A stretch of DNA of 63,729 nt, filler included, from Choristocarpus tenellus KU-1152 (GCA_964200185.2; 11 parts of 11 records of this genome joined end to end with filler, not necessarily neighbours in it), one strand, 5' to 3'; positions 11,522 to 25,151 are shown, counted from the first letter of the whole stretch. The notes: generated from the letters alone by a model not told the origin. Translations and numbers: made by a program.

Positions 11522-14500
11522 GTATGGCTCCACTACTTACATAAACTACAGACTGTGAAAACATTGCACCTGCACCTTCGACTGATACGTATGTACAATT
11601 TTCGAGACAATTCCTTAACTACAATCAGTGCATCATGATCGATGATCAGGCAGAGTAATAAACACAACAAACACGAAAACATGAAAACCTGTGTTTAAGG
11701 CCCACCATCATACTTTCATCTTTTCTAAGCACTTTGTGCGTCAAGCGTGTATGTATGCTGCATGCATGTATGCATCTTCTAGTACTTATATGCATACACA
11801 GTGCACACAAGAATCAAGCAACTTGCCAAAGACACCCCTTCCAGTTTCACATGTTCCCAACTGAAAACATTATCTCAATAGTCCAACCAATAAATCTTAT
11901 TAGCCCCTTACTTCCTCTTACCACCTCCTTACTATCCGACTTCATTCAGATTACAGTTACAATGGCCTAGTATAAAGGTTTATAAGAACATATTTCTATA
12001 CACATTATTAACCTAACAATCTACTACTGCCACACCAATAATACACATTAGAAAAAAAGGACACTTCAAAAGGCGATCACATAAGCATAAATATTACTAG
12101 GGGGGATAGACATCTAGTCCCAGTACAACATATCTGTATGTCTACTAAAAGCTATGGCAAAACATCAATGCCCACCCCCACTCATAACCACCCTTCACCC
12201 AAAAGGAAGGAATTGCTCTTGATTATGTGGGAGCAAGTGAGAGCATCCGTTGAGCACCAATTGTTGATGAAACTTTCATGTCTCAGACAAAACCAATACA
12301 GACAAACCTATCACCCTAACCCTAATAACACTCAAGTAGGTCTTCTGGGTGTAACCAACCTACCCCCAAAGTTCAACATCATCCATCACTGTCCCCCACC
12401 CTCCAACACCCCCCAATGTCCGAGAGAATAACAAGGAGGGTCAACTTATGGAGAACAGCACATTTTCCACAAGGGCAGGCTGAGCAGTTGAGGGGAACGC
12501 AGCAATCTTATTCAAACTAGATACCTTGTTGTCTCCTGCCATTAGCTCTTCCTCGGTCATGCTGGCCAAACTCTCCTCAATGGAATCCTTGCCTCGGATG
12601 TTGAGGGCCAGGTTCATAAACTTCTCCGATCGATTGGTACGGTGGTTACAGCCCTGTGGGATCTGCATATCCCCCCCCCCCAAAAAAAAAGAAAATAAAT
12701 GAAGGTATGTATGTTCTAGTATGTGAGAAGAAACAAAAGAATGAAATAATTTGTGTTCACATGCTGTGTACACTTTGACACAAGAAAAAAAAAGAACTAA
12801 AAATGACTGCATCTGATTATCAAGCGTGACAGCAAGCCAGAACTATATATTTTTTTTCAGAGTTACACTATCTGATAGACTGGTGCCATTGAGGTTCAAG
12901 GGCCCTAGTGGTGTGTGTGCTTTGGGCACTGTGCAAAGCAATCGTGCAAAGCAATTTCAGCTAGTTATGTATTCACAACACATATTTCCTTCTACAGTCG
13001 CATCCTGTTGAAGGGGGTAAACTGTGTTCCAGGCATGAGCACGGTACCTATTGTACAAGGTTCAACAAGGCCCGAATAACTAGAAAAATAATTTAACCCC
13101 CTCTTTGGCAGCTTCACCCCCTCCCCCCCAAAAAACATGCACCCCATGTATGTATACAAAGATTACATCCAAACGTGTGTACCTACTAACGCTCCACTGT
13201 CTAATTCTATAGGGCAGGAAAGAGATAATGGGGAGCAGAGAGGGGAGAGCTGCAAGGTGCAGCACAGCATAGCAAACTTCCTCAAGCGTCAAGAAAAAGA
13301 TGAGAGGGTCAAGTTGTCAAAGCGTGGCTTGTGGATTCACAGGAAAGAGACTTACTCCAGATCAGTTAATGACATATATACAGGTACATGTTTAGTGTCA
13401 TGATCACAGAGCTTTTCAGCCTGGGGTTAGGCATGCTTGCGCCATCAAGGGCCCATGCAGGAAGATTCATTACAGCAATTTGTCAAAAATATATCAACAA
13501 TATTGATCCCATGAAGTATATCCACCTTTTGGTGAACCCAGGTACCCCCAAAGAGTCGCTTCAGAGCCTTGGCCTGAGGCTCAGCAGTATCCTTGAGACC
13601 AGCCTCTAACCGGTCTAGTAGCTTGTCACAGAATTCACTAGGACAGGTAAAGGGGGAGGGGGGCACGTGACACAGTAGCTGGTACCTTAGTATAAATAAC
13701 TCCTACAAAAGCACAAAGTCTTGATGTACTGCCAATCATTGTATTCCACTATGAGCAATAAATAATACACACTGACGGGGGTATTTGAAATAGATATGAT
13801 ATGGAAAAATTGTGTGCACAAGAATGTTGTACTCACTGACACGAACTATCCCCCCCCTCCCCCCCCGCCTCCCTGACAAGCACCCCCAAAAAGGAACCAA
13901 CCAAATACCCCATTTTTTTAAGGCTATTTTCTCAGTAGTACCGTACCAAGCATACAATTACAAATGTACAGTGTACAGCACCATCAGCACTTTATTCTGG
14001 ACTTCTTTCCAGTCTCAAAAGAATTAAGTACAGGGCAGGTGATGGTGGTGGAAACAATATCAAACCCCAGACAACAACTACACAAGCAAACCACATCTAC
14101 AGTCCAACCCTTCTCACCTAGCGTCATTCTGCTGGTACACAGAATACTCCAGATTGAGGCAACGGCAAGCCTCCACCAGGGGCATAGGGTCAAAGAATCG
14201 CCGCTCACTATCCCTCAGGTACACAAATGTACGCTGGACCTAGACAAGCCAATGTTTACCACAGGGTATAGTATAGAGTTGTAAAGGGTAGGGTTAGGAT
14301 TGGTACAAATGCAAGCCTGGAACCTAGGCATGACTTCACCTCCATACCCACATGCATACACATTACTTATATCAGGATTTCCTCATACAACCCCCACTGT
14401 ACGTCTGCTTCACATGCAATACCAATGATGAACCAAAAAGCGTTGGAGAAAAGGTTCTATAGGCATACTTCTTCCAGACTACAATCGTCCTGAAGACACA

Positions 14501-17500
14501 TTTCTTTCCTCTGGTTGTGCGCTACCAGCATGAGAAATAACAGCCTAGAAACCCCCCCCCAACAGGTTTCCAAAGACTTCGGCAGGCATTTTCACATATC
14601 CTACCTATGAGTTGCGTCCTGCACTGCATTTGGGCTTCCTATGTTCTGCCCTACACACTATAGGCACATATTCAACATCAGCACTGAGGGGGATGGTGGC
14701 AGGGCAAGCAGACACCGAACATAGCTACCTGTAACACAACAAAAACGTATTGGGTCAAGCCAAACCAAACCTGCTCAACAACATTGGCCGTTGCTTCCTT
14801 TTCAGTGATTCCCTTTCCCTTCGCCGAAGCTGGTCCATCCCCTGGGACCAGTGAGACCATACCCGTCTCCTTCCCCGGTCTTCCACCCCCTACCCCAATC
14901 CGAAATGTAGCCTCTTCCTTTGCATCGTACCTTACTGTGTGCTCCCCTGTGCAGTGCATCAATAAGCAATGCAATGCAGCAAGGTGAAGGCAAAATAATA
15001 TGACAGTTTCGTATTAAGTCACATTGTTTTCATTCATCCCAACAATACAGCAACAGCAACCAACTCCCCCAAGCCCTTGCATTCTCAATAGCTCCACACT
15101 GATGGAAGTATATCATCGAAATTGAAATTCAAAATCCCTGAAGAAAAAAAAAAGTCCAATGGAAAGACGACATTGACCGGTCATTCTCCCACGCCTACAG
15201 ACAAGAACCTTCACTAATCACACCTACAATAGATACATACCCCACAAATCAAGGCCTCAAAGAACAACAATCAATAGGCAAAAGGGAAAAGGAGGCGCGC
15301 TGCTTTATTTGCTTGCATCCACCAACAGGGTCAAATATTAAAAAAAAGTGACAGAGAGTAGGCAGAACAGTACATCTACTGTGAAAGAAACAGATTATAT
15401 GAATGATTGAATTAATATTGCCAGCAGTATTTGTGTGGAAGTTGGCGGTATACCTTACAATGTCATACTGTTACACTTATCCTCCTCAATATCTGCTTGG
15501 CAGGAATCTCCTCTCTTTCCTCAAAATCACCAAGTCAAAGATACTTTTTTACTACACTCACTTTCCTGCAGCATCCACAACAAAAATTCAGAGATCCAGC
15601 CACCGCACAGACCTCAGCCAGAATTTGTAGCACACAACACGAGACAACCCATACATGTGTGCAATCTCCACCCTCAGCAGACCACAAACTTCAACTATGT
15701 GGGATGTAGAATAAACCAGGATAAAAATCCTCCACAAAAAAATTCTATGCTATAGCACAAAAAGACATGTCAAAGGAGGGTACAGGACTGACAAAATATC
15801 CCCTCGATTGCTGCAAAACTGCAGGGTTCATTTTGATTTCCTCCTTCTGCAGCCTTATACAATACCACTTCAGATATGTAGCTAACATACTGCGATGTAT
15901 ACTAAAATACACTTGAGGAGAAGGTAAAAAACATTGGGCCAATAAGATGCATTTGCCACTATCACATTTTGCAGTGGGTGTTTACATCACACTGCAGTCT
16001 CTTTACCACTCCCCACTACAACACCTCTGGACGCACACCTACGCACACAGTACTGGATGATACAGTGCATTGCAACCTTCAAAATTAACCTCTCCACATA
16101 ACAATTTTGAAACAAAGGCTTCTCAAATATTGAGATATACCACTACTCTGCCGGGGAAGACATTCGAGCGACGATTTCCCCCAGTGTTACAATTGCATCT
16201 CAATTATTCACAAACATAACAAAATGCACTAACATCCTCCCTACCTTTACAGTACAAGTTTTTGAGAATTCCTTACTTCCACATTTGATTAATGCTCTCC
16301 TTCTTCCACTTGTCCTAAATACTCTAGTTCAATTATTTACACAATTTATTACGAATATACAGGGGGGTATAGTCAATTGCACTGCTCAAGGGGATAACTT
16401 GCACAGCAAAAGTCTGCACTGTGGATATAATGGAAGATTCAGTGATAACAGCGATAGCTTCCTATACAACAAATTACAACAGCGGTTGAAGGAACACAAC
16501 AGCTGTTCATTTTGTCCTACAAGGCTTCTTTCTAGAACAACGCCCCAAGTGAGATAACCCCCCCCCCCTCGGAGTCAGTCCAGAGTAGAGAAAACAAGAA
16601 CAACCATGGAGCAAGAAAAAACAATTTAACCAAAAAAAAAAAAAGAAAGCATGATTTTTCTTACACTTTCAAGAAATAATTTCCCCCTTTTTTTGCATTT
16701 TTCTCTTGTTCTATCTATTGACCACAAATCTGAGACCCCTTGAACTAATTTATGATAATAATAATAAAAAATGATAATATTGGTAATACAAAATACAATC
16801 TACCACTACTTTCCAACAGCTGCGAATACCAAATAAGCACACATCATACAATGACAAAAAAACAACACATTCCAACACAACTTTAGGCTCCAAGGGTCCA
16901 ACTCCCATGCATGCTCATTGCCCACGCAAATCCCCAGGACGCAACGTGCCAAATCAGCTCCCATTTCTTGCTACCCACTACATTCAATACATGATTGCTT
17001 ACAGCAACAGGACCAGGTCTAGCACCCCATCCCCTGGAAATATCAGGGGCACATGGCAGCGCACATGAGTTTGACATGTGGAGCTACTACATCTATAAAT
17101 GTTGTGTTCAACTCCAGGAGTGCAACGATGTCGCACTTACTGTATGGAGCACCTGACTGAAAAGCGTGTGTACATGGTTCTATTGTTGTTTCTTGTGCTA
17201 TCCACACCAGACTGACTTCGTGTCAGGGTTTTAGGATTAGCAGTCCCCAGAGATATTATTTACTTGTTTTTCTTCAGCATTTAGAAGTTCCTCTCTCCCT
17301 TTCTCATTAAATCTACCTTATATGTACTCCTTGAATGCAAAGATAGTGATAAGTGTGTTTACATCGGTCCATAAGGGTGATACTACTGTTAGTAATTACA
17401 CAAAATGCTAACAATTCCTAACAAAAAAAAGAGGCCTTCCAGAAGGTTCCTCCACCCACAAGTTAGCCAAATTAATTGCCACAACATAATTCTATTACTA

Positions 17501-17836
17501 CCATGTAGCATACATATACACAACCCCCTCCTCACAATAAACGCTATCAACAGACACTCGAAATTAAAAAAATACGCAAAACATTATGAAGCGTAAATTT
17601 ACTTCAAAGTAAATTCATATAACATAGTCTATCGATAAATCTTCATTTAATACACACATGACGACAAGCTCACCAGTAAGTTCATTGTATCCCGTCACAA
17701 CTGCCTCCGGATTTCCTCCAGCCTCCCACTGCAATGCAACCCTCCTACCAACCAACTCCAACGGGCATTGCTCCAATGGACGACGTGGAAGACGCGCACT
17801 AAGCAATGCACGGCGCAGGGGGGGCACCAAGAACAG
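10903..17836 (-). CDS. Ubiquitin-specific protease (peptidase C19, USP9X/USP24/USP34-like), partial. Exons 17836-17674, 14946-14771, 14239-14118, 13637-13526, 12662-12525, 11455-11256, 10993-10903
   Basis: Seven GT-AG exons join in phase: LFLVPPLRRALL (post Cys-box) ... VQRTFVYLRDSERRFFDP ... QQNDASEFCDKLLDRLE ... LFGG..HQKIPQGCNH ... SIEESL ... CEDC ... LPNLLIVHLKRFELDY..KINDRCSFP. The Cys and His boxes lie outside the contig. Confidence 0.93.
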
Positions 17837-18274
17837 CTGCGTTTCAAGAAAAGATACGGAGAGTGTCAGAGGAGGGAGAGCCATATAGGTGGGGAAAGGG
17901 GGGTGGGGGGTGGTGAAGAGCCTGGTCAGGGTTACATTCAGTTCTTGATAGTTGGAAGATGCTGTGCGGATACAGGAACGGGAAGACAAACATAATGTAG
18001 AGAGATGTGGCAGGGCGCAGATGTATTCCACAAAATCGAAACATTTGCAACATGCTTTAAAGCATTGAAAAAAGCAAAGAGATTATTATGCACCTCACCG
18101 TCATGTGACCTTCAGGACACGACAACAGCAACTCTACCCACCCACCCACCCAGGGGCGTGGATTTCGTTTGGGGNNNNNNNNNNNNNNNNNNNNNNNNNN
18201 NNNNNNNNNNNNNNNNNNTTAATTAATTAANNNNNNNNNNNNNNNNNNNNNNNNNNNNNNNNNNNNNNNNNNNN

Positions 18275-18510
18275 TGGCGCATATGAAGCAGCTGCTTTGG
18301 AGAGGGTGGGGCAGAGCCTCCTTTAAGTGGTACAATAAAGTTTTCAAGGTGATAGGGAGTAACGATTTCGAGGTACAGCATACCGGAATTAAGAAAAGGC
18401 AGTGTGAGGGAAGTCTGCTAAAATCAGTCAGAATCAACAGAGGGACTTTCGATGCTGTGGTGAATTGGTGGATTGATGGGCACGAGGAAAGCGACGAAGA
18501 ACGATTTTCA
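18275..18510 (+). pseudogene. C-terminal fragment of a Tc1/mariner (DD39D plant-mariner-like) transposase
   Basis: AYEAAALERVGQSL / FKWYNKVFKVIGSNDFEVQHTGIKKRQCEGSL matches the L..V..SL..G.N.F...H...R.G.LP tail of this family. One frameshift. Confidence 0.7.
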
Positions 18511-18679
18511 CACTCAAAAACATCAAGGGCTCCAACATTAAAAAAAAAATTTTATCAGAGGCCATCTTGAGAAGTTACACCCTCAATGTAACTTATGGAA
18601 CAGAGGTAGTATAAACGTAATATCCAGGTTTACTGTGATCGAACTGTCCCTCAGTCTCGCCTGATTGGCAGCATATTAT

Positions 18680-18930
18680 TTCCTACATTTCCCCCCTCGT
18701 TCGCTGCTCATTACTTCTTGAGCACAAGGGCTTATCGTCGATGCACCCAGACATTGCCATGAGATCCAAATAAATTGACACGCGGGCAGGTTGGACCCTT
18801 TTGCAGTCTAAGTCAAATTTCTTACCCTGTGGAGTACACTCTATTTCATTGCTCCATGTTTCATGTGACAATAGTGTATGCAAATTTGGTATTACCCCTT
18901 TCCACACACAAAGTGACACTACAAATCAGC
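18680..18930 (-). mobile_element. Possible decayed LINE reverse-transcriptase fragment
   Basis: TWSNEIECTPQG...QPARVSIYLD resembles G.PQG...SP..F.IY.D. Heavily degraded. Confidence 0.3.
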
Positions 18931-20531
18931 AAAGGTTCTTTCTGCAATTGTACAAAATAGCACCTTTTTTTCCCTTTCTGGGGATCCTTATAATGCAACC
19001 CTGACTACCACGCTATTGATTTGGCTCATGAGTGTTATTCCAATAATAATGTTCAGCAGAATGTCTAAGGGGCTACTGCTGCTCTCTATCTATGCAATCG
19101 TTTGTTTGTTGCAAACTACCTTGTCGTACATGAAAAATCAAACACAATACTGGGTCACAAGAGTGATAAAAAGTAGAGGTGCCTGCAAGCGTATTCCAAG
19201 ACCATTCATGTAGTATTGCTTGGGGTTTATTTCAGTTGCACTGTGTGTGTGATTGAGAGTAGAAAATCTACATCAATTTTTGCTTACCTAAGTGCTGTGT
19301 CTTGGCCCTCCTTGCCCTCCTTGTCCTTGAACTGCAGCTCCACCACTATCCTTGACTGGGGATTGGGAGTCACCCTTCCAGTCAAAGTGAGGAATAAAGA
19401 CATTTGAAGATGGTTAATTGTATCGTCGTGTATTGAACACCCTGAGAGTGCTCAGAGCTCATGCCAATTTACTATTATGAAACCATGTACTCCAGTAATA
19501 CTCAAAAGCCCTTTCTTCACAGCATGCGATGTTCTACATGAACCTCATCAAACCTAAGGTTCAAAGCACTGGAGCTAGAGAAGCAAATGTTTTTGAACAT
19601 GGATTTTTTTTTGTATATACCTCTTGAAAAGGTGACGTGCTTCCAGCAGAGAGCATGTTTCAGGTCTTCCAGTGCTTGTGTTTGTCGATAGATCTTGGAC
19701 TAGATCGCTCCATTGTGTTGATCCCATCTTACCCTGAAGCTGTCCTCCCACATACAGCCCAAAAATAAGGCGGACCTGGAATAGGGTGGTTGAGAGGATA
19801 CGTTGTGTCCAATCCACCCCTCATACTGCCTTGTCCATTGATGGGAATGACTTGTAGGATCGCCTTAGAAGCATTACATGAGCAGAATTCTAGACCTTCA
19901 CTTGTATAGGCACCTCGTTGTTGGGCATGTGTTCAGAATTCACCCTTGATGTTTATGTACAAGAGCATGCCTAACAGTACAGCGACATATCATATACTGC
20001 TGAATCTGTTTGCCGGTGTAGTTAGTTCTCCATATTTACAGTATCATTTCTATCTTTGAGGATGGACAACAGAGGAAACGCCAGCTGGTTTTTTGGGGTT
20101 GCACAAAGTATGATGGTCGAGAATTCCACAAATTTGACCTCAACATTTACTGACCAATGAGACAAACACTTTCTAGATTGGTGGATGGATAGGGGAAAAA
20201 AATGGCAACAAAATTCGACCTGAGGATTGACGGGCACCCCACGAAGTAGATAAAGATCCTTCAATGAGATCATTGATTTCCTCAACGCCAGTGAATGCCC
20301 TGACCCATCCTGGATCTAGAGGCATGCCATGCTAAATGCAGGGTCAAGTGTATTCTTTTACCACCATTTTTAATCAGTGCTGGAAAGTTCAAAAGTGTGT
20401 GCAATAGTCACTGCAATGAAATCTTGTATACGTCAATAACCTATTGTCGAAAACTGCACCATGGGTTTCGTTAGCAGTGTGTCAAAGTAAGCAAGAGGTA
20501 ACAAGGTTTTTTGTGACTTGGGAGCGTTGAT

Positions 20532-20829
20532 GACTCATAGTATCTGGGGGGGGGGTAGTGGCTGTCCATTTGATGTCAATTTTTTCATGTTGCAATTTTT
20601 GTGTGATTTGGTTGCATATGTCGGATGGAAAATGTACGTACACTTTCCCGATTTTGCCTCAAATGGAGGTTCAAAGTATCTGGGGGAGGGGTGTCGGCGT
20701 CCGTTTTTCACCTTTTTTTCGACTTTCACTTTTTTGGTGTGATTTGGTCGCACATGTCGGATTTGAAATCTCAGCAAAAAAAGAGTTGTTCGACCGAAAC
20801 GGACGCGCCCTCACAAACCACCCCCCCCC
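20532..20829. mobile_element. MITE family A (from 20532) with a family D MITE nested at 20668
   Basis: The family A body stops at caaatgga, then a new ggttcaaagtatct terminus begins whose body matches 61917-62180 (reverse) and 20930-21009. Confidence 0.85.
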
Positions 20830-20929
20830 NNNNNNNNNNNNNNNNNNNNNNNNNNNNNNNNNNNNNNNNNNNNTTAATTAATTAANNNNNNNNNNNNNNN
20901 NNNNNNNNNNNNNNNNNNNNNNNNNNNNN

Positions 20930-21009
20930 ATTGTCAGTAAAAAAAAGAGTTGTTTGACCGAAACGGATGCCCCCTCACAAACCACCCCTCCCCCCAGATA
21001 CTTTGACCG
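20930..21009. mobile_element. MITE family D end, inserted in the Copia gag
   Basis: aaacggatgccccctcacaaaccacccctcccccagatactttgaccg abuts the gag frame. Confidence 0.85.
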
Positions 21010-22035
21010 GACTGATTCTTCCCTTGTGATGAGCTGTTAACGACCAAGGCATGGCTGTTCTTGTGTCTTGAGTCCTTCCCCTGACGAAGGGAAGCATATC
21101 GCTCTCTAGCAGTTTTCTCTACATCTGCTCGACATAGTGTTTTCTGCGAGGCCATCATGTGTATCTCGGTATCGTAATCTGATCCGAGAGCACTCAAGAA
21201 CTGTCGGAGCAGCAACTTGTCCGAGATGACCAGGTCCCTTGATAGCATCCTCCCCCGTAGCTCTTCCAGGTGGTTTAAGGTCAGGATTGGATTCGCCCCT
21301 CTCCACCTTTGAAGCGAAAAACTCACGGAACAAATGTTGACTATTACCCACTGTATTAGGTATGAACCAATCATATATTGCTCGGACAAGCTCGCTTGGG
21401 CTTTGGTGCGTATAGCACAGTGCCCTGATGGTGGGTGCAACGAGAGCAACAGTAGGTGCATGGTAGGCCTCTTCGGCTATCCAGATATCATTCGCACTGA
21501 AGCCGTCCGAGAGAAGTTCCTCATCGGAGCGTTCTTGATTGACTGGTCTTTCACTTGTCAACGCATCCAAACAGTGAGTATATCTGCAATGCACGATGAA
21601 ACGCCTCTGTCAGTCACGGTAGTCCGAGTCATCCAATAGTTTCGGTGGTTGGGTTCTTGATCTCTTTGTCATAGGGCGAACAATATGTGTGCCTGACGCC
21701 AAGCTCTCCGAAGAACCAGAACTCCGGCTTGCTCCACTCCTGATGCTCGCAGCATCCAAACTGTTTTCCCTCTCTGGGAAATTTTCCCTTGACATAGGTT
21801 CCATAGGACCCACTTCGAATGGTACACCCCCAGCCGGAGGCCGTGTGCTGGGTACAGTGGACTGGACGACAGGATGATTTCCGTCGCCGACTCTTTCAGA
21901 CTGAACCATGAGATTGCCAACGTTTCTTGACAACTCTGCTACCGTCGCCATAAGCTGTCTGAATTCTTGGACAGTGGGGCCCTCGGAAGGAACAGGTTCC
22001 CGTAATTCTTGAATCGCATCTCCTCGTGTAGACAT
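21010..22035 (-). pseudogene. Ty1/Copia LTR retrotransposon gag, decayed
   Basis: Intronless frame PPKL.DDSDYRD*..HCLDAL..SPSELVRAIYDWF / LEELRGRM..ISDKLLLRQFLSALGSDYDTEI..ARERY..HALV, typical of Copia gag (UBN2-like). One stop (21610-21612) and one frameshift near 21295. Confidence 0.8.
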
Positions 22036-22075
22036 GATGAAATTATGGGCTAGAAACCTAAGGTCCAATATATTG

Positions 22076-22351
22076 TGTTAAACTATCTCCCAAATCATCA
22101 AAGAGGATAAAGGTGATAAACCCGGTGAGATTGTTTGGTGTCTGTAGAGTGATTAAAGGTAAGTGGGGCATGCAAAACCCCAATAAAATCATAAATATTT
22201 CCTTCTATATGAGAAAATTCTCATGAAACTAGTCACTAGTAAAAGTTTCTGATAACTCAACCACGAATTGATTGTTCCGTTACTCCATACATATTCTACC
22301 GTAAACTATCCAATAGAGTTGGAAGAATCTAATCGAACATCAGATTCAACA
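22076..22351 (-). mobile_element. Putative 5' LTR of the Copia element (far boundary uncertain)
   Basis: Inner end shared with 3008-3069. Candidate TGTTGAA...TTTAACA termini on the minus strand. GGTTTCTAGCCC between LTR and gag weakly resembles the GGTTATGGGCCC Copia PBS. Confidence 0.5.
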
Positions 22352-22509
22352 AGTTTGGTCACCTTAGAGCAACATTAGCAATGACTGGCAATTATATCAC
22401 CGCCAAGATTAGCTGATGGGTCCAAAACAATACTTGGGACTGCTTCTTGAAGTATTGCCTTACGACAGTCACCTGACCCAAGTACCTCCGATATAGTCGA
22501 AACATCATC

Positions 22510-24027
22510 ATGGTACACGATTCAGCCTTCACTTCGTCCCAGTCTAGATCGCTTGTAGAGGTTCGTCATGCCGAAGAAGTGGTCTTTAGACTCCAAATAC
22601 CGGCCACTCTGCCACAAAAGATGCTTGAATCTAAAGAAGGTACTGGATATTGGAGTAATGCCCTCACTACCAAGCTTTTGACTTTTCTTGTGCCGTCCCC
22701 TCAGGATGCAGCATGGTATGGGCACCAATGAGGACCCTCAAAGCTTTATTCGATGCACTGTCCACCAAGATCGCCCGAAATATATGGGCTAAGCCCACTG
22801 AAACTCGAAAGCCGACCAAGACGTTCAGGATCAAGATCTCCTTTCGATCTGCGTGGAAGAAGATCAGGACGTTCACGAAGGGCGCAGGAAGTAAGATAAG
22901 GAGCTTCTTCAGCTCCAAGGCTAAGCAGCTCAAGAGCTTCCTCTGCCTCGCCCGACAAAACCTGTCAAGCCGCCATCTTGACCTCGAGATATGGGAAGAC
23001 CAATTCGACAACAAGAGGTGAGAAAATCCAACAACTCACGTGACTCCGTACACCCTTAGGGTCTCAGCCTGGAAATCATATCATACCATTGACAAGACAC
23101 TTACCAAACATTTTCCGACAACTTTTCACTCCCTCACAGGTCTTATATCAAGAAGTCAGTCTCGGAGCTAACCAGGTTTGTGCACATTCCAGCACCACCA
23201 TCTCTCCTCTGCCGAAAACATCAACCATGCAGTTGGAGAGAGGTGGCAGGAGGAAGCATTGACATCACCACAGCATCTACGGTTCTCGTGACTCTTCTTA
23301 CTGGGGCGGCATACTACCTGGGACTCATGCGGCGCAGGAGTTCAAAGCGGGTAATCAAGGTAGGCCAAACAATCTACATACAACTGAGCAAAATGTTCAA
23401 ACATCACTTCTTCACTATGCTCTGACGCTTCCACTCAATGAGGATTCGGTCACACCTTGACCATGAAACTGTGACTGTGCTTGGATTGAAAACTGTGGGG
23501 TCTCATCGCCCTTGCACAAGTGCAGCCTTTGTCCTAAAGGACATCAGCACCTTCCCATCTGTCCGAGGGGGCACTTCACCATCAACTCGAGGATGTATGG
23601 CATTAGGTGTGAAAGCTATCATAGAACATGGTTGGTTGGCGATCTCTTTTGACGCATGCATGCATGTGGTATGTGGAATGTGGCATACGTGAAGTCTAAC
23701 ATTTCTCTCTATGCACATCTTCTTGCCAAACCCTTTTCATCTCCACGCCACTTACCCTTACCCTTAGGTACTGCGCTTTGCTTCTGAATTTCTGGCTTCA
23801 CTACTCCCCAATGCATGCCCATCCAACCGATGAATACTCGGTGCTTACAATAGTTTACATACTGTCTACTTGCAGATACTTCCTGTTCGATATACTCCCT
23901 ACCTCTTGGTCACGCTGGGGAATAGTCTTTCAAACTTGAGATTCTCAATACTCACTCTCAACCGTTCCTTCCTCTATGTCAGCAGATCCTACAAGCCAAG
24001 AAGACAGACAAGGAAGTCGAATTATGA
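22510..24027 (+). CDS. Orphan protein with a C-terminal transmembrane helix. Exons 22510-22639, 22705-23017, 23140-23175, 23233-23359, 23986-24027
   Basis: Five GT-AG exons join in phase (1,2,2,0) to a TGA. Basic amphipathic middle, then ITTASTVLVTLLTGAAYYLGLM-RRRSSKRVIK. The 5' end is uncertain. Confidence 0.6.
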
Positions 24028-24974
24028 GTGTTGGTGCAGCTAGCTCTCGCATCTACATCCATCCCAACATCATCTTCTCCACTGCAACCATCCTGGCACC
24101 ACCTCAGGTCCCAAAGAGGAGTACCACCCTGCCCATCCTAAGTAGTACCAGATGCACTGTCCAAGACGCAGACATAAAGCATTCTACATGAGCAATCTTC
24201 CCTTTCCACCCACGACCTTAGACCCGAGCAAGGTGGAGTGGGTCTCCCTCCGTTCCAACACAGTTCATCAAGCAAGAACAAGGTGTTCAAGGCCATTTGA
24301 CCTCCAACCTCACCTGGGGTAGAGGAAGGTCGCGATTGTACGGCATCACCATTAGCAATAAACACACAACAGTACTCCACCACCTTGGGCAAATCTGCAC
24401 TATGATTGATTGAGTAGGAGAATGAGTGAATGCTGCTGCTGAAAGTTTGGGTAAACTGTGGGAATACAATATGTATATAAAATGTAGGGCAGTTTTTACA
24501 GATATTGCAGTCACTATCAGAGAATGGTTTGAAGACAGGGATGTTCGGTAGAGACATATTCATCATATACCTTGAAATATTGTAGTACCTAGTACTATTC
24601 GTAGTAGATGATTTGTAGAAACAAACTCCCCATCAGTGGGTGTGGGTGTGAAGTTTGTGAACAGAAGACTGAATCCAGGAGATGGATGAGTCAGAGTCGT
24701 TGTGAAGGTGCGTTCCTTGAGGTGGTAGTGATCCAGGCCAACCCTGCATACAAAGTTTTCTCCTTGTGGAAGTTGATAGCAGGTAGAGCAGGGAGAGTAT
24801 TCCCAGATGTAAATCTAGTGCAGCTCTTGTTTCAGTCTGGTTGGTGTTAGTCACATTTGTAAATGAGCATGTGCGGGGTCCTGTGATCAATGAAAAACAA
24901 GGACAGCAGTCAGATGGCACTGTGGTACTACGAATAGACCAACCTCAACATGAGTTCTGCATGATACAACCTGA

Positions 24975-25151
24975 GGCTCAAAGTATCTAGGGGGAGTGGC
25001 TACTGTCCATTTGGGACCAATTCTTTCATGTCGCAATCTTTGGGTGATTTGGTTTCATACGTTGGATGGATAATGAAAATGCACTTTCCTGGTTTTGGTC
25101 CAAATGGACACTCTGGTGTGGACCCCCCCCACCCCCCAGATACTTCGAGTC
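24975..25151. mobile_element. MITE family A, complete
   Basis: ggctcaaagtatct ... agatacttcgagtc. Flanks share (C)TGA, so TSD length is ambiguous here. Confidence 0.88.

Noticed and set aside
11120-11638. 172-aa plus-strand ORF
   Set aside because: Antisense shadow of USP exon 11455-11256 plus a (CA)/(GA) microsatellite.
16340-16450. TAQGDNL RT-like motif in a USP intron
   Set aside because: Too short and degraded to support a LINE call.
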